Below are positions 45,931-56,055 of a stretch of DNA of 64,000 nucleotides, in pieces (within the stretch, counting starts at the first letter, position 1; every line of letters begins with the position of its first letter). The DNA is from Rebecca billardiae RCC1528 (taxonomy: Eukaryota > Protista > Haptophyta): the NCBI GenBank assembly GCA_965240325.2, contig OZ251230.1, forward strand, positions 2,480,001 through 2,544,000, in the 5' to 3' direction. A program made the translations under genes and the position numbers. The notes beneath the pieces were generated by a model, which ran no database searches, was not told the DNA's origin, and was given only the letters and a program-made list of their open reading frames with translations.

Positions 45931-46325
45931 CCTACTACCTCAGTGACCGTGTGATCAGCATCGGTTACGACGACTCCCTCACCCGCGGCCAACGCGCTCC
46001 GACATCCTCCATTAACTCCATTCAGTACTTCGACAGACGAATCAGGAGAGCTGCGCCCTCGTGCCTGTGTCTTTAAATCATAGAATTGGTCCTACTACCT
46101 CAGTGACCGTGTGATCAGCATCGGTTACGACGACTCCCTCACCCGCGGCCAACGCGCTCCGACATCCTCCATTAACTCCATTCAGTACTTCGACAGACGA
46201 ATCAGGAGAGCTGCGCCCTCGTGCCTGTGTCTTTAAATCATAGAATTGGTCCACCAGTACCACTACAGACGAATCAGGAGAGCTGCGCCCTCGTGCCTGT
46301 GTCTTTAAATCATAGAATTGGTCCA
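45931..46325 (+). repeat. 160-bp tandem duplication plus a third 5'-truncated copy
   Basis: 45931-46090 = 46091-46250; the last ~60 nt are repeated again at 46266-46325. All copies end ...AAATCATAGAATTGGT(C). Confidence 0.92.
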
Positions 46326-47057
46326 GACCTCAGGATTTGGGAAACTCGGAAAATGAGAGAAATTCAAAACCCGCCGCGTGCGCCCGCCACAGCCATCCGC
46401 CGCGAGGCGCCGCCCGCTGCCGCGCCGCCTCGGTCGTAGACGTGCACGCGGCGATGGCGCACGCGGTCGGGCAGAGGCATAGGGCCTTTCTGCGCCGCCC
46501 TGCGCCGGGCGACTCGCGTCTGACCATCTTCTCGGCGCCTTGAGCCCGCACGGGCGTGTGCGCCGCCTCTCGGCTTCAGCCGTGCTCAGTCGTCCCCGCA
46601 AAGTATGCGCGCGCTGAGCGCAACCCGAGGCGCGCATCCCAGGACGGCGTGAGCCATGTGACAGTACGGTCGTGGGCGCACGCCATGGTGCCCAGCGGCT
46701 TCACGTGCGTGCCTCTTCGCTGCCTCGGCAGGCAAGGCGCGGCATGTCTCTGGCTGAATGTGGCGGCGGCACACGCTCGCGCTCGCGCGGGCCTGCAGCT
46801 GACCGTCGAGGTGCGAGGGCGCGAAGCGCTGCGCCACGCGCAAGCGACAGTAGTTCACCGCTTCGCTACCGCCCCGCTGCGTCCCATCGGAAGATCTACT
46901 GGACTTCGCGCGGCCTCGCCCTGGCGGCGGAAGGCGAGAGCGAGGTGGCGGCGGGAGCGTCCGCCCCAGCGCGCGCCAACCTGACGAAACCCTTAACGTG
47001 CACGCCAGTGGGCCGCCCACTGGCGTGCACGTTAAGGATAATCCTGAGGTCTGGACC
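46320..47057. mobile_element. MITE-like element with 18-bp TIRs and a subterminal 22-bp-stem hairpin
   Basis: GGTCCAGACCTCAGGATT (46320-46337) / AATCCTGAGGTCTGGACC (47040-47057); perfect hairpin at 46991-47037. No TSD identified. Confidence 0.7.
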
Positions 47058-47864
47058 GGTTGGGAAGAATCGCAAGGTGCATCATGGGCCGCACATCTTG
47101 AAATGGCGGCGTGCGTGATCGCAATGGGCAGCCGTGGGGCGTGCGTGAGCCGCGAGCACGGGCACGACTCTTGCGCGACAAAAGCCGTCATGCGCACCTC
47201 GGCGGGGGCGACGACCGAGGAGGGCGCCTTCTTGGCGGCGGCTCGGTCCGTCCGGGAGCGCGCGCGCATGCGCACGCGCAAACCGTATTCATATCAAAAC
47301 GCTCCTGCAGATGACACAGGGGTACAGCGGTATACGCCCTGCGTCAGCGGGTACCGGAGGACTCCCTCTAGCATTCGACTACCCTTGCAGCTGCGCTCCC
47401 GGGCCAGTCGCCAGACAGTGGCATCGGCGGCCAGAAGATACGTTATTGCATGCTGACTCAGCACGGCGGTATTCTAGCTCAAGCTGTGCCTGCGGCCTGG
47501 CAGCCAACAGCACCGCTGGAGTGCGGCGGACCCCCTGCGGGCCAGCGCGCACTCCGACCGTACCCGTGGCCGTGGAGTGGTAACACACGGTGACGCCTGA
47601 CGGTCAGGCCCGGCCCGCGGCGGCCGCCCCGGCCCGCCCCGCCGGCCGGGGCGGTCCGGACGGACTCTCACTCATCTCACGGACACGGAGCCTCCGCGGA
47701 CTGCTCCAGCTCGGCAGGCCGTAGTAGTTATTAACGACCGTAGCAACACTATAGATATAGGTTCGCATTCCTGACTGCGCCGTATTGCTGTCAGATAAGA
47801 CCGCTGATGCTGACACTGATGATGACTCAGCAGCCTCTGGGCCTCACCATGCGCTCCTCATTAG

Positions 47865-50207
47865 TCATTGTGACGAATCTTCAGCCTCAAGGCGCGCGAG
47901 CACGGCGCGCGCGTGCTGCTGCTTCGCCTCGAGCTCGCGGCGCAGCTGCGCGACGGACTCGGCCGTGGGGAGCGCGGCGGCGGCCTGCCGCGGCGTCGCG
48001 CCGCCCGACGGTGGCGCCGAGCCCGCCATCGCGTCGGAGCAGAAGGAATCGGAGTAAGAGTGGTCGCCCGCGCCCTCGGCCGCGCTGCCCGCGCCGGCGC
48101 CGCCGTCCGCGGCGCCGCCTGCTGCTGCCGTCGCGCCGGCAGGCGCACGGCGCGGGGGCGTGGAGTCCGGCTCGGTGGCGGTCGGCTCCGCGCCGCGCCC
48201 GCCTCCCGGGGTCGCCCCCACGCCACCCGGCACGAGCTCGAGCGGCAGCGCCGGCAGCACAGCCCGCGCGCTCCGCGCGGCGGGCGCGCACCGCGCACCG
48301 CGCCCAGCCAGTGCGCCGTGCGCGCCGCTCTCCGCTCCGAGCTCGAGCGCGTCTCGCAGCGCGGGGCCAAGCAGCGGGCGCGCCGCCTCGCCCTCCACGC
48401 GGGCGGGGGGCAGCGGGCTCGCGCCGCCGGCCTCGGGGGCCTCGGCCGCGGCCTCCGCCAGCGGCTCCAGCGCCGCGCTCAGCGCGCCCAGCTCCGCCGC
48501 CGCCACCTCCTCCCACGCGCTCAGCAGCCGCTCAGCCGATAGCCGCGCGCGCAGCAGCAGATCAAACTCCGCATCGTCCGCGCCCTCCGCCTGCGCGACT
48601 CGGTCGGCGCGGAGCTCGGCGCGCTGGCGCGCGCAGAGGCTGGCGAGCTCGCGCGAGAGGGCGCGCGACGCCGCGCGGAGCGATGCGGCGCGCTGCTCGA
48701 TCGCCACGCCGCCGCCGCCACCGCTGCTGCTGTCGGCATCGGCCGCGCCGCGCGCGCGCGCGCCGTCGGCGACGAGTGCGCGCACGCGCGCGTGCAGCCG
48801 CTGGCGCGCGGCAGCCTGCGAGTCGCCCCGCGCCAGCGTGGCTTGGATCTGGTCGCGCACGTCGAACTCGGCGCCCACGACCTCGGCCGAGCTCAGCGCC
48901 CGCCTGCTCGCCTCAAAGCTCGCCTCCTCCTCCACCGCGGCCGCGCCGCTGTCGGACGCACCCCAAGGCGGCCACGGCCCGCCGCGCCGCCCCGCGGGCG
49001 CGCGCCGCGGGCTGGGCGAGTCCTCGTCGACCGAGCGAGCGGCTGCCGACGCGGCGACGGAGGGGGCGGGCGAGCGCGCGGCCGCGTGCTCGTGCCTCGC
49101 GCCGCCGCCGATGTCGGAGGCAGTGCGCAGGCTGGCCGCAGCGCTGCTGGAGCTCGTCGAGTCCCCAGCCGCGCCGCCGCCGCCGCCGCTGCTGCCGCTG
49201 TCGCCGTCGACGCGCAACCGCGGCGCGCCGCCGCGGCGGCGCGCGGCCGGGCTCGGCTCAGAGCTACTCGAGCCGCGCGCCGGCCAACGCCGCCCGCCCG
49301 CGCCGCGCACGGGCGACGCGTCGCTCACCACGCCCGCCTCCGAGCTGAGCGCGCCGCCCTCCAGCCCGCTCTCCAGCCCGGTATCTGATGCCAGCCCGGT
49401 ATCTGATGCCTCCTCACTCACGGCAGCCGCGGAGCTCGAGGCCCAGCCACCAGCCCGGAGCTCGCGCAGCAGCGCCTTGCTGGCGCCGGGTGGGAAGAGG
49501 GTGCTCAGCGTCGGGGGCGGCTCGTCGAGGAACGAGCCGCCGCGCAGCCCGAACGGCGGCTCGTCCACGAACGACGCGCCCGCTTCGGCGCCGTCGGCTG
49601 TGTCGGCGGCAGGCGCGACGGAAGCAGGCGCGGGCGCAGACGCGGCCGCGTGAATGCCGCTCGGCGGCGAGCCCAGCGAGGGCGCGCGCTCGTCGGCTGC
49701 GCCCGGCGCTGCGGCAGCGGGCGCAGACGCTGGAGTTGGCACGCCCCCCGAGCGCGCCCCGGACCCCGGCGCGCCCTCCGCGACCAGCTCGCGCCGCGGC
49801 CGCGCCAGCAGCCGCTCGACCGGCGCGCGCACCGCGTCGGCCGCCGCGTCGCGCGCGCGCGCGGTGAGCCGGAAGTCGGCGTGCATCGCGTCCACGCGCT
49901 GGAGGGCAGCTCGCTCGGCGTCGAGCATCACATGCACATGCGCAGCGAGCAGCGCCTCGCGCTCCTCGTCGAACTGCCTGCGCTGCGCGTGGAGCGCGGC
50001 CGCCACGCGCTCACGCACGGCGAGCTCGCGCGCGTCGATTGCGCCGAGCTGCTCGCGCGCGGCGTTGAGGTCGGCGTCTACCTCGGCGACGCGATGCTCG
50101 AGTCGGAGGCGCTGCTGCTGCTCGAGCGTCACCAGCTGCAGGTTGTGCTGAAGAGCGTCGGCGAGGAACTGTGGGGTCGCGCGGCGGCGCTGCGCTGCCG
50201 GCGCCAT
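47865..50207 (-). CDS. Hypothetical coiled-coil / low-complexity protein
   Basis: 780-aa ATG-initiated ORF with heptad-like segments (LEQQQRLRLEHRVAEVDADLNAAREQL; VAQLRRELEAKQQHARAVLARLE) separated by disordered Ala/Ser/Pro stretches. Confidence 0.65.
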   Translation of the reverse strand: MAPAAQRRRATPQFLADALQHNLQLVTLEQQQRLRLEHRVAEVDADLNAAREQLGAIDARELAVRERVAAALHAQRRQFDEEREALLAAHVHVMLDAERAALQRVDAMHADFRLTARARDAAADAVRAPVERLLARPRRELVAEGAPGSGARSGGVPTPASAPAAAAPGAADERAPSLGSPPSGIHAAASAPAPASVAPAADTADGAEAGASFVDEPPFGLRGGSFLDEPPPTLSTLFPPGASKALLRELRAGGWASSSAAAVSEEASDTGLASDTGLESGLEGGALSSEAGVVSDASPVRGAGGRRWPARGSSSSEPSPAARRRGGAPRLRVDGDSGSSGGGGGAAGDSTSSSSAAASLRTASDIGGGARHEHAAARSPAPSVAASAAARSVDEDSPSPRRAPAGRRGGPWPPWGASDSGAAAVEEEASFEASRRALSSAEVVGAEFDVRDQIQATLARGDSQAAARQRLHARVRALVADGARARGAADADSSSGGGGGVAIEQRAASLRAASRALSRELASLCARQRAELRADRVAQAEGADDAEFDLLLRARLSAERLLSAWEEVAAAELGALSAALEPLAEAAAEAPEAGGASPLPPARVEGEAARPLLGPALRDALELGAESGAHGALAGRGARCAPAARSARAVLPALPLELVPGGVGATPGGGRGAEPTATEPDSTPPRRAPAGATAAAGGAADGGAGAGSAAEGAGDHSYSDSFCSDAMAGSAPPSGGATPRQAAAALPTAESVAQLRRELEAKQQHARAVLARLEAEDSSQ

Positions 50208-51795
50208 GGCCGGCAGAAAATAATGAGTACGATGCGCCGATGCGTGACGATCTTTGAACTTTTGAAAAATATACCCGGCCCATCATCAGGCCCCACCCGT
50301 CCCAGAAAGCCCGTGAGCCCGTCCCGGCTCAGCGGGCTCATGAGGTTCCATGGAGGGTCATGAGCTCCCGACACAGTGCGCGCAGGTGCGCCTCGAGGCG
50401 AGATGAGCACCAAGGCCCGTCACAGCGCCCGTCGCGCGCGCTTGACTGCGGCGGCTGAGATGGCTGGAGCGGCGGCGTGTTGCGCTCATCCTCAGTGCAC
50501 ACGTGTAAGCGACCTTCGGCGCAGCAGACATGTGCCGCCTTGGGCCCTCCTCCGCCTGCTAGCGCGGCTCGACTGCAACGGTCGCCAAAGCCAAGCATTG
50601 CCTACTGAGTCCGCTTCTGCCCGCGACACGCGCTCGAATGGCGCCTTCAGCGCGCGCGCATTGGAAACATATACACTGGCCCTCTCTCCAGACAGCGCGC
50701 GCCTGGCTCCTGCAGCCTACTCTGTGCGATGAAGCGGTGGCGTAGGCGCCTGCCGGCCTGTTGTTGAAACGCACCCGCTCGGCTAGTGAGAATGGGCGCA
50801 GAAGACGCCGGGAAGCCGAGACATGAGCGCCGGAAGGGTTTCTGAGGTACTACCAGACCAGCCCACCTGACGCGCCGTCGCACAGCCCTCGCCTACGCGC
50901 ACGCGCACGACCAGAGCGAAGCTGCCCGCGCGGCGGACGGCCATTTCTTTTCAAATGTTTTCGCTGAGTCAGCGGCCGGCCCCCGACGGAGCTTGACGTA
51001 GTGGGCTGGGACGGGTGGGACGATTGAACGACGAATAAATCAATTCCGACTACGGCGCTCCTTGCAGGGCTGCAGGGCTGCGGCGCGGTGCGCCGGCGCG
51101 GCGCGCCAGCGCCCGTCGTGGCCCTCGCAGCCCGGCAAGTAGCATTGACGCTTATCAGCAGCTGCTTCATTCCGACCGTATTATTGCTTGAGCTGCGGGC
51201 CGGCCCGTCGCACTGACTCGGACTCGCTACTCTCTAGTACTAGCAGTCATACTAAGTAATAAGTATCATACTACTCGTCTCTACTGACTACTCAGTCTAC
51301 TGCCGCCTGCATGACGACCGTTATAAGTGACTTAGCTATTCGTCAGTATTCTGGCTTGCTGCGGAGTGACTACATATCTAGCTGCTTATGGCACCGATAT
51401 ATATATATATAACGATTTAGTCTGGACAGTAAGCCACGTACTACCGTACGTCTACATCAGACTACGTCTATTCTGGCGTGCGGCCTCGCAGGTGTTACTC
51501 TATCTACACAGTAGCGCTATTCAGCTCGGGAGACTCTACCCGGACCTCAGCGACCTACAGCCCTAGTACGGCTACAGGCATTCGCGGGCAATAAGAAGTC
51601 AGAGATCTCGCGGCTATATAGTTATAATAATATAGTCTCACGGTTTCTTAGCCGTTCGGTAGCCCGAGCCCTACGGAATCTCTGTTTCTTATACGGCAGG
51701 TGACTCGGCTGCATGGTCCGCTAGTGGTTCGGAGACTTCGGCCGTCAGGCGGGCGGCCAATAATTAAAGACGTAGTTACAGAGCGCGCTTAAATA

Positions 51796-51796
<1 letters not shown>

Positions 51797-51854
<58 letters not shown>

Positions 51855-51898
51855 TATTATGTGTGTGTGTGAGTGTGTGTACTCTGTGTGTGTGTGTG

Positions 51899-51944
<46 letters not shown>

Positions 51945-51953
51945 GGGGTTCAA

Positions 51954-52048
<95 letters not shown>
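51797..52048. repeat. Compound microsatellite (ATT)n-(GT)n-(TA)n
   Basis: (ATT)n at ~51797-51860, (GT)n at ~51860-51941 and (TA)n at ~51956-52048. Confidence 0.97.
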
Positions 52049-52049
<1 letters not shown>

Positions 52050-52103
52050 TTACTAATATATACTTAATAGGGTCCCATAGCAATAGCTATATATAGTGAT
52101 CTA

Positions 52104-53048
52104 TCAGAGTCCGGTAACTCGTACATGACACTTGCTGCTGTTGTCCGCAAAGGGCGCAACCTCCTGATTGAACCTCTGCCGGAGCCACAGCACCTCGGCC
52201 TTCGCGCCGGTCACGTTGGTCAGGTCGCTGGGCCACTTGAAGCGCGATGCTTGCCCCGGGTCGATTAGCGGCGGCTTCTTGCTGCAGCAGTGGCACCCGC
52301 CCATCAGCTCGCACATCGGCGCCTCCCTCTTAGCAACCAGCTCGGCCAGCTGCGGTCTGTCCTTGAACAGCCCCGAGCACGAGAGGGCGAACGATTTCCT
52401 CGGCGTGCCGAGCCGTCGGCTGAGCGTCTGCCGCCAGCTCGGGTCCAGCTCGCCACCCTGCGCCTCGAAGGCGAGCATACAACGCTCCACGTCCTCCATC
52501 ATGCGGTAGGTGCGCACCCAGCAGTCCGCCTGCAAGTCCGGCAACGAGTGGGCCATGCGCAGGGACATCAGCCCGCCAAGGACGCACGTGTAGCGCTCGA
52601 AACCGAGCTGCGGGTCCACGCCCTGCGCGTACACCGCGCGCGCGGTGCTGTTCGCGAAGCGCTTCACCCAGCTATGCAGCGCGCCGTTCCCGGCGCGGCC
52701 ATACGAGTAGAGTGAGGCGTGATAGCTGCACGGGTCGCGGTAGCTTATGACGACGAAAGCGCGCTTTCGGTCGGCGAGCGTTGAGGTTTCGAACTCGTGG
52801 CGCATCTCGAACCTGCCCTTCCCCACCAGCCTGGGGAGGAGGCCCCTGAGCATCGAGCCGCCCGTCTTGGGCATGTGATTGAGCAGCAGAACCTCGCGCC
52901 CGGTGAAGGCGAGGTCCTCGCTCGGCTCTGCGCTGGCGGGCGCGTAGTAGCAGTCCGTGCCGAGCCCCGCAATTGCAAGCAGCACGAGGTGGCGCGGGCG
53001 CAAGAGCGCGATGTGTGCGAAGCCCGCCGCCCGGCCGATGCGCGCCAT
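52104..53048 (-). CDS. Type II membrane sulfotransferase
   Basis: 5'-PSB motif LNHMPKTGGS and 3'-PB motif VVISYRDPCSYHASLYSY; hydrophobic anchor after ATG 53048. The upstream part of ORF 52104-53153 lies in a MITE. Confidence 0.82.
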   Translation of the reverse strand: MARIGRAAGFAHIALLRPRHLVLLAIAGLGTDCYYAPASAEPSEDLAFTGREVLLLNHMPKTGGSMLRGLLPRLVGKGRFEMRHEFETSTLADRKRAFVVISYRDPCSYHASLYSYGRAGNGALHSWVKRFANSTARAVYAQGVDPQLGFERYTCVLGGLMSLRMAHSLPDLQADCWVRTYRMMEDVERCMLAFEAQGGELDPSWRQTLSRRLGTPRKSFALSCSGLFKDRPQLAELVAKREAPMCELMGGCHCCSKKPPLIDPGQASRFKWPSDLTNVTGAKAEVLWLRQRFNQEVAPFADNSSKCHVRVTGL

Positions 53049-53085
53049 CACAGCGTGGGGACGTGAGTCGTGACGATACTGTGTA

Positions 53086-53718
53086 CAGGGGGGGCCAGAT
53101 GAAGTTTCCCACTTCGGAAGGGAAGCCATGGCGGGCGTGAATGCCCGTCCCAACGCGATCTAAGGCCCCAGCGCCACGGCCCGGTCACTGGGGCGTGGCG
53201 TAGGCAGGTCGGCGTCGCCGTACGAGCGCGTGCGCGTTAGTGACAGCTTCCCTTCCGACTTTTCGACCACTCTCACGTCCACGTCCACGACCCCGTACGA
53301 CCGGCGCGCCGGTGAGGTTGCGCATGAGAAGGATGGGCAGGTAGCGGCCAGGATCACCGTTCTGACGGTCATACTGCCCTCTGGGGCATGCATTGCGACG
53401 GTGCATGCCTGGCAATGGTCCATCTGACCCTACAAGCCGTGGATCTGACGAGCAAGGTTGGCTGCGCGGTAGTCGTGCGACCGCCGTCCGACACGGCTGC
53501 CGTGCGAATACGTTTGGCGTGTGCGCGCCTGTCAACGGCAGGGTGATCAACGACCGGCATGGCTAGCAAGCTGATCAGGACTAGTAACAACCTTGTCTGG
53601 GACCACGTCACGCCATTTGGCGACCTCGCCACCGCTCAATGCCCGTCCAGAGGCACGGACGTGCCGCACTACCTGGCCAGCCACCGCCAAAGTGGGGCCC
53701 ACCATCTGGACCCCCCTG
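53086..53718. mobile_element. Tc1/mariner-type MITE
   Basis: TA|CAGGGGGGGCCAGATG ... CATCTGGACCCCCCTG|TA; imperfect TIR of ~30 bp and TA TSD. Confidence 0.8.
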
Positions 53719-54153
53719 TACGCTTATTAACGCGTACTTCTCGTCATCACGATACGGGGGGGGCATACTGTACTGGCGTGCTCTTGCGTCTGAGGTCATG
53801 GGTTCAAAACCAGTTTCCAGGTCTCTCTTCGGAGAGCGTGCGATGAAGGATGGCGCGGCAACCTGCCACCGTGAGCCTTACGCACGTTAAAACAAATAAA
53901 CTGTAGTATAATAAGTGTCGAGTCTGAAACGCTCGAGCTCCAGACGGCCAAGGTGCGCAAGCTCGGTGCGCGCGCGTTGGCGGGCGCGGCGCGGTCGGAC
54001 ACGGGCGCGGGGAGGGGAACGCGGACTGTGTTTACATCCGCGGAGCCGCTGGCAAGCGCGCCGGACAGCGAGCGGGTGCACCCGACCAAATGCCCGCCCT
54101 CCACTTGGTTCACAATGCCGTCACACGGCTCACGTCGTTGATGGATGGCGGCT

Positions 54154-54413
54154 CAAGGGGTCTTACAAATAACCCACTGGGGAGGAAGCCCCCAGTGCGA
54201 GCTCGGTCCCATGCTCTGTACCCCGCGGTTCTGAAGTCCGGTGATTTCGCAGGCTTCAGCGGTGATTTGCTAGCCGAAACGCCTATTCTGAACGATCTCC
54301 GGACAAAAAGCCACTGTGGCCAGGCTTCCAAAACACCGGACTCTGGAACCGCGGGGTACGGAGCATGGGTCCACTTGCCTTCCTCCCCAGTGGATTTTTA
54401 ATGAGTCTCCTTG
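54154..54413. mobile_element. P-superfamily-like foldback MITE
   Basis: CAAGG...CCTTG termini, 7-bp TSD GGCGGCT (54147-54153, 54414-54420) and long imperfect inverted arms (e.g. CCCATGCTCTGTACCCCGCGGTTC / GAACCGCGGGGTACGGAGCATGGG). Confidence 0.72.
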
Positions 54414-54752
54414 GGCGGCTCCCCATGCTGAGCTGAGAGTTCGAGCTCTTGCGAAAAGTGCGCGCGGAATAATGGGTGGAATTCCCATTTTCTGGCGCAC
54501 TTCCGCACTGGGGAGGCGGAAAAGCGCCATTTAATACGAAAACAAGCTAATGAAAAGGCATTTATTATTAAAGAAATATAAGCGCGCACGCAGTGCCAAG
54601 AAATTTTTTCGGCGGTGTAGTATGCGAATCACCATAGATCTGCGTACGCGGCGTCCCGAGCACCCTCGGGACTCAGCTGCGGCTCGGCCTGCGCACGCTC
54701 AGCAAGCTCGCGTGCGGCAGCCTTTCCCTTGCCCCGCCTCGAGCAAGACTCA

Positions 54753-55552
54753 CTATGAGGATCGACGTATGAGTGAGCGTGTGCCGCCGAAAGCTGCTGT
54801 CCGACAGCCACCCGCGGCTGCAGCCGCTGGCCGCGGTGCCTGGCCTCGGCGCGGGCCCCGCAGGCCTCCTCCTCCTGCGCGCCTCCTCCAGGCGTTTGGG
54901 CCGCCGCCGCCTTGGCCGCCTCGTCCTCGTCGATCAGCTGAACGGCGGGAGTGATGTCTGTGCTCAGCTGACTGCGACTTGACGAGCGAGGCGACGAGCG
55001 ACAGCAGCCCGATGACCAAGCCGACGAGCTCGTCGTACGAGCCGTCACGCGTGCGCTCGTGCTGTGTCTGAGCTGGCTCGCGCTCGTACGCCGACCAGGC
55101 TTTGCTCGGACTGAACGCGTCTGCTCGGGCGTCTTTGCGTGTGCGCTTGGGCGGCCGCGGGCCGTCATCTGGTCCGACCGCGCGCAGCTCGAGCTCGGAA
55201 GCGTTGAGCTGCTCCACGGTCGACTCGCTTTCTGCCTCAGGCTCGACCACGGCAGCAGGCCCCGCAGCAGCCGCCTGATAGCATCGGCAGGGGCCCCTGC
55301 GCCACCCGCCGCCGTCCGCACATCGGCCAGCTTGGCGCACACGCGCTGGACCACGGCCTCGCCGCGCTTGACGCGGATGTGGTGCCAGGTCGTCGTGTCA
55401 ATCGCTTGGCGATTGGCAACGGGTGCGGGCACCTCGATCACGACAACGCCTGTCGCGTAGGCTGTGTAGCGATGACCGTCCACGACTCCGTCGCGGGTGG
55501 ACGGCGCCATGCACCGGCACGCCATCGCGGCCGTGGGCGTAAGTGAATTCAT
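54753..55552 (-). pseudogene. Frameshifted gene-like fragment of unknown family
   Basis: Coding-like text alternates between ORFs 54629-55552 (DGHRYTAYATGVVVIEVP...) and 54753-55340 (...DELVGLVIGLLSLVASLVKSQ). Confidence 0.35.
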
Positions 55553-56055
55553 GATGAATTGTTTTTGAATTCACTAATTCGCCCAGGCCGCTACATCGAA
55601 CTCGAGCACGGACAATGTTACAACCGCGATCTTTTGACTGTATGAATGGGGCGCCGCCCCATGCTCAAATCCGAAGAGAACGAAGTTGTAACATTGCCTG
55701 GTCCCTAGATACTATGCTGTCCGGGTCCAGTCCGGGGCGGATCTGAGCAGCCGGATTTTCCGCCCGGATAGGCCAGAAAATGGGATTTTTACCCTAATCC
55801 GCGGATCTTTTTTTTTTCGCACAACCTGGGCCGCTGGGCGGGCGCCGTTTCAAACTCGACAGATAATGTGGCCCCCCTGTATGTAACGCCTAACGAGTAA
55901 CGGCGGTCCCAGGTAGCCTACTGGCTGTCTGGTTCGGCGTCAATAACGACTACATATACGATATGCCGAAGTCGTGTCACGAATTAAGCAGCTGTTTACA
56001 GGCGCTGTTATATATATATATATATCTGATATATACCGTCGTAGCTACAAGTTAA

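Noticed and set aside
45655-46325. Possible CRISPR array or hammerhead ribozyme repeats
   Set aside because: There are no unique spacers or cas genes, and no CTGAnGA...GAAA core was found on either strand of the 160-bp unit.
53755-55878. Possible older mariner-like element (TACGGGGGGGGC ... GGCCCCCCTGTA)
   Set aside because: The TIR match is short, G-run dominated and has 3 mismatches in 14 nt; not enough support.
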